A DNA stretch of 52,652 nucleotides from a bacterium (lineage in GTDB: Bacteria; Patescibacteriota; Minisyncoccia; UBA6257; JAGOQP01). Shown in pieces: positions 16,860-25,800 of the stretch. Below the pieces are notes generated by a model. The model was not told where the DNA came from. It worked only from the letters and a program-made list of their open reading frames with translations, and made no database searches. Position numbers and translations under genes: made by a program. The DNA lies in NCBI GenBank assembly GCA_021844025.1, contig JAKBUF010000001.1, forward strand, positions 1 through 52,652, read 5' to 3'. Each line of letters opens with the position of its first letter. Position 1 is the first letter of the stretch.

Positions 16860-17669
16860 TCAAACTGAAACCACTTGACGGACGCCACCGCCGGAAATGT
16901 AGTAATCTACACCGCTGTAGTGCACGCCCACCGCGTCAATGATCGGAAACCAGTTCATGCTCGGCACGCCGCCATCAACCGCACGGGAGCCACTGCAAAG
17001 TGTGAAACCCTTCTCATCGAGATGTTTTTTGGTCTCAATGAAATGGATGATTCCATGAACCATTCTCTCAAGCAGAGTTTCACCGACTGTTTTGTTGGGA
17101 TCGACCTGCTTAGTGGATTGATTTCGAAACTTAATATCGCTTTCTTGATCGTCACGAACCCAAATGGCATACGAGCCATTTTTAGAATCACGGATATTGT
17201 CAGTCACTTTAACGTCAATGCTCGTGCCATAGTAGCTGTCTTTCCACATTTTGGCATTATATCCAGAAACAACTTTCCCGTATATGCTGTATGTGAAATC
17301 CATAGTGAGCCCTTTAGCAACAAACAACAATCGCCATTTGCCCTCGGCTGGTTTTTGGGGAACGATAATATCGGTAAAATCAACATCCACGTCAAAATAT
17401 TTTTTATAGATGGTTTGCCAGTATGTTCTCACTTCAGCAAATTCATCCACGGTAACCGCAAATATCGGAGCAAGTGCGATACGGATTTTTTCGGCAAGGG
17501 AGGTTTTATTTTGTAATAATACTTTTTTCTCATCATCCGATAATGAGAAAAAATAAAATGAAATCATTTCAGTAATAACCGAAACGATAAAACCGATCAA
17601 AATCCCCAGTTGTTTAATGTTTGATGCCGCCACGTTTGTGGCTATGAAGTTAGTTCCATGCTTTTTCAT
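16860..17669 (-). CDS. DGR target (variable) protein, membrane-anchored, C-terminal CLec-like variable region
   Basis: 269 aa with an N-terminal TM helix (LGILIGFIVSVITEMISFYFF). VR forms the last ~37 codons (AVDGGVPSMNWFPIIDAVGVHYSGVDYYISGGGVRQ). An AAGGAGAAAAG RBS is present. Confidence 0.85.
   Translation of the reverse strand: MKKHGTNFIATNVAASNIKQLGILIGFIVSVITEMISFYFFSLSDDEKKVLLQNKTSLAEKIRIALAPIFAVTVDEFAEVRTYWQTIYKKYFDVDVDFTDIIVPQKPAEGKWRLLFVAKGLTMDFTYSIYGKVVSGYNAKMWKDSYYGTSIDVKVTDNIRDSKNGSYAIWVRDDQESDIKFRNQSTKQVDPNKTVGETLLERMVHGIIHFIETKKHLDEKGFTLCSGSRAVDGGVPSMNWFPIIDAVGVHYSGVDYYISGGGVRQVVSV
16876..16987 (-). repeat. DGR variable repeat (VR)
   Basis: Offset of 423 nt from TR. There are 14 mismatches, all where TR has A on the minus strand. 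The shared GC-rich 3' end GCGGTGGCGTCCGTCA is IMH-like. Confidence 0.9.
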
Positions 17670-17732
17670 GGTCTTTTCTCCTTTTTTGTTTATGTAATGT
17701 ACAAAACATAATCACCTTGACTATGTGTGCAT

Positions 17733-17761
17733 ATTATACCATGGTATAATATAAAAATCAA
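17733..17761 (-). promoter_or_regulatory. Promoter of the DGR target gene (TTGATT-N17-TGgTATAAT)
   Basis: On the minus strand the -35 TTGATT is at 17761-17756 and the extended -10 tggtataat at 17741-17733. The -10 lies inside a 22-bp perfect palindrome (17731-17752). Confidence 0.5.
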
Positions 17762-17791
17762 GGGGTAGAAAGTGGCTTATTTACTTATTCT

Positions 17792-17820
17792 TTGAATTTG
17801 ACGTGTTTGTGAGGTACAAT
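17792..17820 (+). promoter_or_regulatory. ftsK promoter TTGAAT-N17-TACAAT, 7 nt before the ATG (leaderless-type)
   Basis: TTGAAT at 17792-17797, TACAAT at 17815-17820 and ATG at 17828. Confidence 0.45.
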
Positions 17821-17827
17821 ATCGTAT

Positions 17828-19999
17828 ATGTCCAAAAGAAATAAAGGACGCGCTGAAAAAGAATCCCGCGCATCAAAAAAAGAAAATTCTTCCGTTGAAA
17901 AACCAAGAAATCTTGCCGATGAAACCATACACACGATTTGGGCGCTTGTGGCAATCGCAATTGGTATTTTTTTGATTCTTGCGGGGTTTGGGCAAGCGGG
18001 TGTTGCGGGAGATTCTATTTTCTCATTCTTAGACACTCTTTTTGGGTGGGGATATATTTTGTTACCGGTCACTTTTATAGGAATCGCAATCAATTTACTT
18101 ATTCATAAAGCAAACCGGCTAATTTATGCGCCCACATTATGGGGTGCACTATTATTCTTTTTATCTGGACTAGGATTTATTGATGTTATATCAAACGGAT
18201 CCGGAGGATTTTTTGGTACTCTGGTGGGTTATCTAAAACATTGGGTGGGAGATTTAGCCGCGGGAGTGCTTTTATTTATTGCCGCGGTTATTGGAATTAT
18301 TATTATATTTGATCATCCCATTACTCTAAAATTTAGTAGAAAAGAAAAAGTAGTTGATGAGAAAACTCCAGAACCTATTATTACTGGGGAGCAAGAAATC
18401 TCTGACCCGAAAAAGAAAAAAGAAGAAAACCTAGAAGAAGAGACCGAAGAAGAAAAACCTTCACTAAAAGAGGCGGTTACCGCGGTCATTCAACCCAAAA
18501 AAGCACGGGGAGCGGTTAGTAAATTTGCTGACTATAAAGCTCCTCCCTTGGAATTACTACGATCTGCCGTAGAAAAACCAAACGCCGGAGATCTGCACGC
18601 AAACTCAAACATTATCAAACGTACGTTGGAAAGTTTTGGTATTGCGGTTGATATGGGAGAAATAAATATTGGACCCAAAGTCACTCGTTTTACCCTACGC
18701 CCCGCCGAGGGAGTAAAACTTTCCCGTATTACTGCGCTCAACCAAGACTTAGCGCTTGCGCTTTCCGCACACCCGATTCGTATTGAGGCCCCGATTCCGG
18801 GAAAACCCTACGTGGGAATTGAGGTGCCAAACAAAACTGCTGCAGTGGTACGACTGGGGAATTTAATTTCGTATCCTGATTTTGCGCAATCGGGAGCGCT
18901 TGGTTTTTGTATAGGGCGCGATGTACAAGGAGATCCTATTTTTGCCAATATAGAAAAAATGCCTCATTTGCTCATTGCGGGAGCAACGGGTTCAGGAAAA
19001 TCAATTTCTTTGCACTCAGTACTAATTTCCTTGTTGTATAAAAATTCACCACAAATGCTTAAGTTAATTCTTATTGACCCCAAACGAGTAGAATTAACCG
19101 CGTACAACGGACTTCCTCACTTGATTGCGCCCGTAGTCACTCAGGGTAAAAAAGCGCTAGGCGTATTCCGGTGGGCAATTAATGAAATGGATCACCGGTA
19201 CGAAACGCTTATGAAAGCCGGCGCGCGCGATATTCAAAGTTATAATAAAAAGAATCCCGAAGAACCCCTTCCCTTTATTGTGATTGTAGTAGATGAAATG
19301 GCTGACCTCATGGCGGCATACGGACGCGATGTAGAAAATGCCATTGTACGTTTGGCACAGATGGCACGTGCCACGGGTATTCACTTAATTCTTTCCACGC
19401 AACGTCCGTCGGTGGAGGTTATCACGGGACTTATTAAGGCAAACATTACTTCGCGTATTGCACTGCAGGTAGCAAGCCAAATTGATTCGCGCACTATTTT
19501 AGATACCGCGGGAGCAGAAAAATTATTAGGTGGAGGAGATTTACTCTATGTGTCGGCACAACTTTCAAAACCCAAGCGTATTCAAGGAGCATTTATTAGC
19601 GAAGAAGAAATAAAAGATGTAACCGACTACATAAAGAAAAATAATGAGGATTTAATTATTGACGAAGAAACGGGGCTTTCATTTGAGAATGGTGAGGGTG
19701 GGGTGAGCGCGCCGGAATCTTCTATCCCCACTGAGGTGGATGAGAACCGTATGTTTGAACGAGGAAAAGATCCCTTTGATTCATTTGAAGATACTGAAGA
19801 TGAAGACGATATGTTAGACGAAGCTATACAGGTAGTAAAAGAAGCACAGAAAGCATCGGCATCACTTTTACAGCGTCGCTTAAAAGTAGGGTACGCGCGG
19901 GCCGCACGACTTCTGGATATTATGGAGGACAAAGGACTTATTGGTCCTGGAGACGGTGCAAAACCGAGGGAAGTATACATCAGTAAAGACACGGAGTGA
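17828..19999 (+). CDS. ftsK: DNA translocase FtsK/SpoIIIE
   Basis: N-terminal TM helices, an acidic/K-rich linker, a motor domain with AGATGSGKS, and a C-terminal gamma winged helix (LLQRRLKVGYARAARLLDIMEDKGLIG). Confidence 0.92.
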   Translation: MSKRNKGRAEKESRASKKENSSVEKPRNLADETIHTIWALVAIAIGIFLILAGFGQAGVAGDSIFSFLDTLFGWGYILLPVTFIGIAINLLIHKANRLIYAPTLWGALLFFLSGLGFIDVISNGSGGFFGTLVGYLKHWVGDLAAGVLLFIAAVIGIIIIFDHPITLKFSRKEKVVDEKTPEPIITGEQEISDPKKKKEENLEEETEEEKPSLKEAVTAVIQPKKARGAVSKFADYKAPPLELLRSAVEKPNAGDLHANSNIIKRTLESFGIAVDMGEINIGPKVTRFTLRPAEGVKLSRITALNQDLALALSAHPIRIEAPIPGKPYVGIEVPNKTAAVVRLGNLISYPDFAQSGALGFCIGRDVQGDPIFANIEKMPHLLIAGATGSGKSISLHSVLISLLYKNSPQMLKLILIDPKRVELTAYNGLPHLIAPVVTQGKKALGVFRWAINEMDHRYETLMKAGARDIQSYNKKNPEEPLPFIVIVVDEMADLMAAYGRDVENAIVRLAQMARATGIHLILSTQRPSVEVITGLIKANITSRIALQVASQIDSRTILDTAGAEKLLGGGDLLYVSAQLSKPKRIQGAFISEEEIKDVTDYIKKNNEDLIIDEETGLSFENGEGGVSAPESSIPTEVDENRMFERGKDPFDSFEDTEDEDDMLDEAIQVVKEAQKASASLLQRRLKVGYARAARLLDIMEDKGLIGPGDGAKPREVYISKDTE

Positions 20000-20010
20000 T
20001 CTTTACTGAT

Positions 20011-20085
20011 AATTTTCAATTCACAATTTTACAATTTTCACTAGAAATTAATTGGAAATTGGTCATTGAAAATTGATCATTGAAC
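20011..20085. repeat. ATTGNAAATT intergenic array (dyad-organised)
   Basis: The sequence is aattttcaattcacaattttacaattttcac / aattggaaattggtcattgaaaattgatcattgaa. Confidence 0.7.
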
Positions 20086-20094
20086 AGCTATACT
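20066..20094 (+). promoter_or_regulatory. TTGAAA-N17-TATACT promoter, 6 nt before ATG 20101 (leaderless-type)
   Basis: The -35 hexamer is supplied by an ATTGAAAATT repeat unit. TATACT lies at 20089-20094. Confidence 0.45.
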
Positions 20095-20100
20095 GTTCCC

Positions 20101-20832
20101 ATGCCTCTATCCGAGATAAAGACTCTTAAAGACACCCTCAAAGACGAGATGCGTGCAAAAAGCATTACCGCAAGCAAGCTTTCTGAGCTTACCGGTATTG
20201 CTACACACCATATTACCGCGTTAATTGAGAGTGATTTTGCGCACTTACCCGCTGCTCCGTATGTGCGTGGATATTTGCAAAAAATAGCTGAGATTTTAGA
20301 TATAGATTTTGATATGTTGTGGCGGCGCTATGAACGCGAGAGCGCAATTAAGCGTTCGGGAGAAAAAGACACTCTGCCACAAAATCGTTTTGCGTTGCGT
20401 TCCATAAAAAAGAGTTCCTTAATTATTGCCGCCGTTATTATTGTGGTTTTAGTTATTGGACTACCAACGCTTGCAAACTTCTTTGGAAAACCCTCTCTTG
20501 AAATTATTTCTCCGGCTGGCGACACCGAAATCGTTTCTGAGCGCTCATACCACGTAACCGGAAAGGTTCAAAACCCCAAGGACCGCGTGTTTGTAAATGG
20601 CACTGAAATCCAAGTACAGTCCGATGGTTCTTTTGATGTTCCTAAAGAGCTTGATCCTGATGCAAACACATTTGTAGTAAGCGCAAAACGATTTTTAGGA
20701 CGCGAAACAACCATTACCCGCAACGTATTTTATAAACCCACCGGGATGCAACTGCCTGAATCGGCCACTTCTTCAGCATCATCCACCCAGGAAAAATCAT
20801 CAACAACAACTGGGTCTACTACAAAACGATAG
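20101..20832 (+). CDS. RodZ-like HTH/transmembrane protein
   Basis: N-terminal HTH (LSELTGIATHHITALIESDF...APYVRGYLQKIAEIL), one TM helix, an extracytoplasmic beta-rich domain and an S/T tail. ATG 20101 is preferred over TTG 20080. Confidence 0.55.
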   Translation: MPLSEIKTLKDTLKDEMRAKSITASKLSELTGIATHHITALIESDFAHLPAAPYVRGYLQKIAEILDIDFDMLWRRYERESAIKRSGEKDTLPQNRFALRSIKKSSLIIAAVIIVVLVIGLPTLANFFGKPSLEIISPAGDTEIVSERSYHVTGKVQNPKDRVFVNGTEIQVQSDGSFDVPKELDPDANTFVVSAKRFLGRETTITRNVFYKPTGMQLPESATSSASSTQEKSSTTTGSTTKR

Positions 20833-20897
20833 TCGCTTCCCAAAATAGGTTCGCTGCGGTATACTATGGGCAACTTTATTAGTTATCCTTTTATGTT

Positions 20898-21944
20898 ATG
20901 ACCAAAAAAGACGTCAAAAAAACAGAAGAAACACGCGTATCGGAAAAAAATCATGATCTAGAAAATCTGATTGAAAGTTTACAAAGTAAATTTGGTGAGG
21001 GAGCTATCATGAAGCTGGGTGAGCAAACCGCTATGCAGGTGGAAACTATTCCTACTGGCTCTTTTTCTTTGGATGTAGCATTGGGGGTCGGTGGACTTCC
21101 CAAGGGACGTATTATAGAAATATTTGGCCCTGAGTCATCGGGAAAAACAACCCTGGCACTTTCGGTTATTGCGCAGGCACAAAAGTTGGGCGGGCGGTGC
21201 GCGTTTATTGATGCCGAACATGCGCTTGACCCTGAATATGCAAAACACATTGGGGTAAAAATAAATGAATTATTGATTTCACAACCAAACAGTGGAGAAG
21301 AAGCGTTACAGATTCTAGAAAATCTTGTGCGCTCAGAATTAATTGCTATGGTAGTAGTTGACTCGGTAGCCGCGCTTACTCCGCGCGCAGAGATTGAGGG
21401 GGAAATCGGTGACCAGCAAATTGGATTGCAAGCACGACTCATGTCTCAAGCACTACGCAAACTTACTTCGGTTGCATCAAAATCAAATACAATTATCGTA
21501 TTTATCAATCAAATTCGTTCGCAGATTGGCGGGATGACCTGGGGCAATCCAGAAACCACTCCGGGGGGGCGGGCGCTTAAATTCTACGCTTCCGTTCGTA
21601 TTGATATTCGTCGTATTGCGCAAATTAAAAAAGGAGAGGAAGTGATTGGTAATCGTACAAAAATAAAAATAGTTAAAAACAAAGTGGCCGCGCCATTCCG
21701 GGGAACTGAGTTTGATATTCTGTATGGAAAAGGTATTTCATATGAAAACGATATTATTAATACCGCGCTTCGATTTGGAGTTATTAAAAAAACTGGAAAC
21801 ACATTCTCATTTAATACAGAAAAGTTGGGGGTTGGTATGGACGCCGCGCGGCAAAAATTAGAAGGTGACCAAAAACTATTAAAAGAAATAGAAAAAGAAG
21901 TCCGTAAAGCAGTAAAACAAGCTCCTGCCACCGTTGAAGAATAA
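20898..21944 (+). CDS. recA: Recombinase RecA
   Basis: [12 protein letters not shown] Walker A and full-length conservation with RecA. Confidence 0.97.
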   Translation: MTKKDVKKTEETRVSEKNHDLENLIESLQSKFGEGAIMKLGEQTAMQVETIPTGSFSLDVALGVGGLPKGRIIEIFGPESSGKTTLALSVIAQAQKLGGRCAFIDAEHALDPEYAKHIGVKINELLISQPNSGEEALQILENLVRSELIAMVVVDSVAALTPRAEIEGEIGDQQIGLQARLMSQALRKLTSVASKSNTIIVFINQIRSQIGGMTWGNPETTPGGRALKFYASVRIDIRRIAQIKKGEEVIGNRTKIKIVKNKVAAPFRGTEFDILYGKGISYENDIINTALRFGVIKKTGNTFSFNTEKLGVGMDAARQKLEGDQKLLKEIEKEVRKAVKQAPATVEE

Positions 21945-21988
21945 GTAAGACAACTCTTATAATTCTGCGGGGATTTAGAATCACCCCA

Positions 21989-22020
21989 TAACACACCCCA
22001 CGAGTAAGTGGGGTGTGTTA
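21989..22020 (+). terminator. recA terminator hairpin
   Basis: taacacacccca-cgagtaa-gtggggtgtgtta, a 12-bp stem. Confidence 0.6.
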
Positions 22021-22059
22021 TTGCCCAAATTTGTTACGATCGTAAAAAATTTGGGCAAT
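22020..22059. repeat. 40-bp palindrome with GTTACGATCGTAA core, copy 2
   Basis: attgcccaaatttgttacgatcgtaaaaaatttgggcaat. Arm changes relative to copy 1 are compensatory. Confidence 0.75.
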
Positions 22060-22171
22060 TAATAAACAAACATAATTTGTAATTTATAAGATCTTGCTTT
22101 TTGTAATAAATTGGGTTATGGTTTGGGTAGTAACTAATATCAAACCACATTTAGAATAGTTTGGAGGTTGT

Positions 22172-22393
22172 ATGGGTCAAAACACAAACACCAACGACAA
22201 GCAATTGGGTTTAGATTTTTATCCGACTGAGTCTCCGCTTGTTAAAGCAGTATTTTCCGAACTTGGGGGCGAGGAGAAAATCCCCATGAGCACCAAGGTT
22301 AAACAACAGCTCGAACAAGCAGAAAAAAATCATGCGGTGATTCGTGCCGCTAAAAACTTTTATTCAAACTATGGCGAAAACACGGGGACATAG
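22172..22393 (+). CDS. Hypothetical small protein
   Basis: 73-aa ORF with a GGAGG RBS 5 nt upstream. Confidence 0.5.
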   Translation: MGQNTNTNDKQLGLDFYPTESPLVKAVFSELGGEEKIPMSTKVKQQLEQAEKNHAVIRAAKNFYSNYGENTGT

Positions 22394-22474
22394 TTCCCCT
22401 TTTTCTTTTTTCTATTTTAGTCCACAGCTCCCAACCCCCAATTTCTCACTCCACAATACTATATACTTATTCTC

Positions 22475-22957
22475 ATGCTTGCTATTCTTCACAATATCCG
22501 TAGCTCACATAATGTAGGATCTATATTCCGTACCGCGGACGCTATTGGAGTTGAAAAATTATATCTCTGTGGTATCACACCCGATCCGGTGGACCGGTTT
22601 GGTACATTACGCACCGATATTACCAAAGCATCGCTGGGGGCTGAAAAAACAATTCATTGGGAACATATCGGAAAAGGAATATCTCCACTCGCAACTATTG
22701 CGCTTATTAAGAAACTTAAAAAGAATGGGTTTATTATTGCTGCTCTTGAGCAGAATAAAGGATCAAAGAATTTATTTGACCATAATCTCCCCAAAAAGAA
22801 GGGGGTGGTTTTAATAGTTGGGAACGAGGTAAACGGCATTCCTCTTTCTATTTTAAAACATTGCGACGTAATACTGGAAATTCCTATGTCTGGAAAAAAA
22901 GAATCACTAAACGTATCGGTGGCGTTTGGAATAGCGGGATACCACTTGCGACAATAG
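22475..22957 (+). CDS. SpoU/TrmH-family RNA 2'-O-methyltransferase
   Basis: Motifs HNVGSIFRTADA, LIVGNEVNGIP and IPMSGKKESLNVSVAFGIAGY. TATACT at 22462-22467 lies 7 nt before the ATG. Confidence 0.8.
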   Translation: MLAILHNIRSSHNVGSIFRTADAIGVEKLYLCGITPDPVDRFGTLRTDITKASLGAEKTIHWEHIGKGISPLATIALIKKLKKNGFIIAALEQNKGSKNLFDHNLPKKKGVVLIVGNEVNGIPLSILKHCDVILEIPMSGKKESLNVSVAFGIAGYHLRQ

Positions 22958-23040
22958 TAATTTTCAAGTATCAATTTCCAATTTACAATCAATACTACAA
23001 TGAATCAATCTGAAAATTAAGAAATTGAAAATTGAAAATT
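22958..23040. repeat. ATTGNAAATT intergenic array
   Basis: The sequence is taattttcaagtatcaatttccaatttacaatc...gaaattgaaaattgaaaatt. Confidence 0.7.
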
Positions 23041-24019
23041 AATTCGCGCTGTTTATTTTTTCATTAATGTATGCGCGGATTTGATCATACTTTTCAAATC
23101 CTTCTGCTGGCAATAGCACCGATGAGTACAGGGTTGAGGTGGGACCTTGCACGGGCACAAAAGAGGATGTAAATAACTTCGTGGTAAAATCAAGCACAAT
23201 GTTTTTAGTTCGTACACCCGATAACTTTGCGGGGTCTAATATATAGGGAGTTACTCGCGATATACCCACATTCACATGTTCTAATAACTTTTTATTGATT
23301 ATAAATGTTTTAATGAATGATAGTTTCTGTTCAGTATTCATGATTTTTACCTTCGTTAAAATACTGTCTAAAATCTGCTGCTGATTTCCTTCTCTAAAAA
23401 AATCACCCTCTGGATTATACCGGTTGCGCATAAGCCATACCGCATCATCTCCGTTTAAATGATGGGCTCCCGCCTCCATAACATATCCACTTACCCAATC
23501 AGTTGCTGGCTGAGTAAGCACCACATCGACTCCCCCAACCCCATCTACCATATCTTTTGCAAGAGCCAAATCAATTACTACATACCCATCTAAATCAAAC
23601 CCGGTTATAGCACGCGCTTTCTCTAACGCAACCGAAACTTGGTTCCGATGATACGCTTCATTTAATTTATACTGCTCGTCTTGTTCACCGGTTACCCATA
23701 GATCACGAGGAATAGAAATAAAAAATACTGTCTTTTTATCTGGGTCAAAACGCACCACTAATAATGAGTCAGTGAGACTTCCTCCGTTGTATGTATCTCC
23801 TGCTCTCCCGAGAACTAATACGGTAATGGGCTGAGGAGCAAATATATTACTGAAAAAATTTCCTATTTTCGTAAGCCCACTCTCATCATTCCATGAGGCG
23901 TGACGCGGGGGAACCGCTACCAATCCCACCACAATAGCGCAGGAAATTATAATAATTGCAAACCACACCAAATGGCGCTTCGTTATATAATGAAAAAAAT
24001 TTCGATTATTACTTGGCAT
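23039..24019 (-). CDS. LytR-CpsA-Psr (LCP) family protein
   Basis: An N-terminal TM anchor followed by TDSLLVVRFDPDKKTVFFISIPRDLWV, typical of LCP domains. Confidence 0.8.
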   Translation of the reverse strand: MPSNNRNFFHYITKRHLVWFAIIIISCAIVVGLVAVPPRHASWNDESGLTKIGNFFSNIFAPQPITVLVLGRAGDTYNGGSLTDSLLVVRFDPDKKTVFFISIPRDLWVTGEQDEQYKLNEAYHRNQVSVALEKARAITGFDLDGYVVIDLALAKDMVDGVGGVDVVLTQPATDWVSGYVMEAGAHHLNGDDAVWLMRNRYNPEGDFFREGNQQQILDSILTKVKIMNTEQKLSFIKTFIINKKLLEHVNVGISRVTPYILDPAKLSGVRTKNIVLDFTTKLFTSSFVPVQGPTSTLYSSVLLPAEGFEKYDQIRAYINEKINSAN

Positions 24020-24025
24020 AAGAAA

Positions 24026-24847
24026 TTATTCACACGTAGTAGAAAATAGGTTTTCAAATAAACTGGCAACTAATATGGGACCGGTTCCTCCGGGGGTAGG
24101 AGTATATAACCCAACATGATCAACTGACTCACAAATACTATCAAAATCGCCCATTAATTTTTCGTCTTGTCTACTATATCCAAAATCAATCACCCATGCA
24201 TCTGCCGACACATCACCCCCGTTTATAATTCCAGCGGAACCAGCTCCTAAAATAATTAGATCGCTCTTTTTTAGATCGTCTTTGGAAAAACCCTTGTCAA
24301 AAATATGAATATTCGGGTGATTCCCCAACAGCCACACAGCGATGGGTTTACCCACAAGAGTGCCCTGCCCCACTATAGCAATTGAATTAAAATCTTGCAC
24401 GGTTTTGTTTTGCGATTTTAGTATATGACGCAACGCGCGTACTGCCGGAGGTAGTATGTTCCCCCCACTCTGTAAAAGCGATCCTACATTACGAGCGCTT
24501 AAACAATCTATATCTTTATGTGGTGGAATGGTATTTGCTATATACGAAATATTACACGCACGGGGGAGCGGGAGCTGTAGAATTACTCCTATACATTTTT
24601 TTGACTGGGAAATTCTCCTTACTCGTTTACGAAGTGAGTCGTTAGAATCGGTTTCTGATACCCCATATTGACGTAGTTCTATGCCTAATTCTCGCGCTAC
24701 ATGTTCTTTTTGTTTTACAAACGACTCAGAAGCACTGTCATGGGTATTAAGAAACACCCCAACAAAACCCCTTGGTTTAGGGGTATTTTTTAAAACATTA
24801 ATTATTTCTGCTGCTATTTTCTTGCCATCTATGACTATGGGTCGCAT
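24026..24847 (-). CDS. folD: Bifunctional methylenetetrahydrofolate dehydrogenase/cyclohydrolase FolD
   Basis: Starts MRPIVIDGKKIAAEI and carries TPTPGGTGPILVASLFENL. ATG 24847 is preferred, since the track ORF extends to 24892 and overlaps tatD. Confidence 0.85.
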   Translation of the reverse strand: MRPIVIDGKKIAAEIINVLKNTPKPRGFVGVFLNTHDSASESFVKQKEHVARELGIELRQYGVSETDSNDSLRKRVRRISQSKKCIGVILQLPLPRACNISYIANTIPPHKDIDCLSARNVGSLLQSGGNILPPAVRALRHILKSQNKTVQDFNSIAIVGQGTLVGKPIAVWLLGNHPNIHIFDKGFSKDDLKKSDLIILGAGSAGIINGGDVSADAWVIDFGYSRQDEKLMGDFDSICESVDHVGLYTPTPGGTGPILVASLFENLFSTTCE

Positions 24848-24878
24848 GCATACACTATAACTAAATACGCATCTAAAC

Positions 24879-25694
24879 TCAAAAAGAATCAAGTCTAAAC
24901 ATTCGCTTGGTATTTTCTAATAATATCTTTTCCATTTCCGATTGTTTTATCTCTTTTATTTTTGCCAGCCATTCTACTACCTCAGTAACATATACGGGTT
25001 CGTTAATAGCGGCTCCATGTTCATTTTTTAAAAAGGCGTTCTTTTTATAAGAAAGCGGGGTAACCCAGGGAGCGTCTGTTTCTGCCAATATTTTGTCTGT
25101 GGGTATATATTTTATAATTTCATCAAATGACCGATTAAAAGTAATAAGCCCACCAAAAGTAAACGAGAAACCCAAATCCAATAATTGCTTGGCATCATTA
25201 AGAGTACCGGTAAAAAAATGGAGAATCCCCGCTTCAGGTAACAACTCGTTTTTATGCGACTGTAATATTTCTATTGTTTCGGTAAAGGCATCCCGACAAT
25301 GAATAACGAGTGGCTTTTGCGCCTCACGCGCAAGTTGAATATGAAATGCAAACAGTTTCTTCTGTTCCTGTTTTATGTGTTCTTCTTGTTGTGAGTCCAG
25401 TTTAAAATAATCAAGCCCACATTCTCCTACTCCAACCACTTTTTCGTCTTTTGCTAACTCTTTTATTATTTCAAGGTTTGGGCTTTTAAGCGCTTCGTGG
25501 GGGTGATACCCTACCGTTGCCCATGTGGCTTTGTGTGTGTGGGTAAGTGTTACCGCGTCCTTGCTTGACTGCTCATCGGCTCCTGAATTTATTATTCCTA
25601 TACCGGCGTCCTGTGCGCGTTTAATAACCGCGTCTTGGTACGCGGGTAAAATCATTTGTACATGCGTGTGAGCGTCAATAACTTTTATATTCAT
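24879..25694 (-). CDS. tatD: TatD-family metal-dependent hydrolase/DNase
   Basis: IDAHTHV at the N-terminus, plus the HCRDA and ETDAPW motifs. Confidence 0.85.
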   Translation of the reverse strand: MNIKVIDAHTHVQMILPAYQDAVIKRAQDAGIGIINSGADEQSSKDAVTLTHTHKATWATVGYHPHEALKSPNLEIIKELAKDEKVVGVGECGLDYFKLDSQQEEHIKQEQKKLFAFHIQLAREAQKPLVIHCRDAFTETIEILQSHKNELLPEAGILHFFTGTLNDAKQLLDLGFSFTFGGLITFNRSFDEIIKYIPTDKILAETDAPWVTPLSYKKNAFLKNEHGAAINEPVYVTEVVEWLAKIKEIKQSEMEKILLENTKRMFRLDSF

Positions 25695-25700
25695 AAAAGT

Positions 25701-25800
25701 TAATTTTCAATGATCAATTTCCAACTTTTATTCAATGACCCAATTTAGAAAATTAATTTATTGAAAATTTATTGTAAATTGTAAAATTGGAAATCGAAAA
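25701..25800. repeat. ATTGNAAATT intergenic array
   Basis: The sequence is taattttcaatgatcaatttccaa...attgaaaatttattgtaaattgtaaaattggaaatcgaaaatt. Confidence 0.7.

Larger units (their letters stand above)
15024..17669 (-). mobile_element. Diversity-generating retroelement cassette (target+VR, TR, inverted avd-like gene, RT)
   Basis: The TR/VR pair shows adenine-only mismatches. The RT has a DGR-type motif, and an Avd-like four-helix-bundle ORF lies between TR and RT. Confidence 0.9.

Noticed and set aside
17785-18093. 102-aa minus-strand ORF overlapping the ftsK start.
   Set aside because: It is antisense to the ftsK N-terminal TM region and has no RBS. The ftsK promoter and start are well defined.
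19997-19999. Possible alternative genetic code (UGA recoding, as in some CPR lineages).
   Set aside because: TGA terminates conserved genes at the expected length, for example ftsK at 19997-19999. All conserved proteins are full length without internal stops under code 11.
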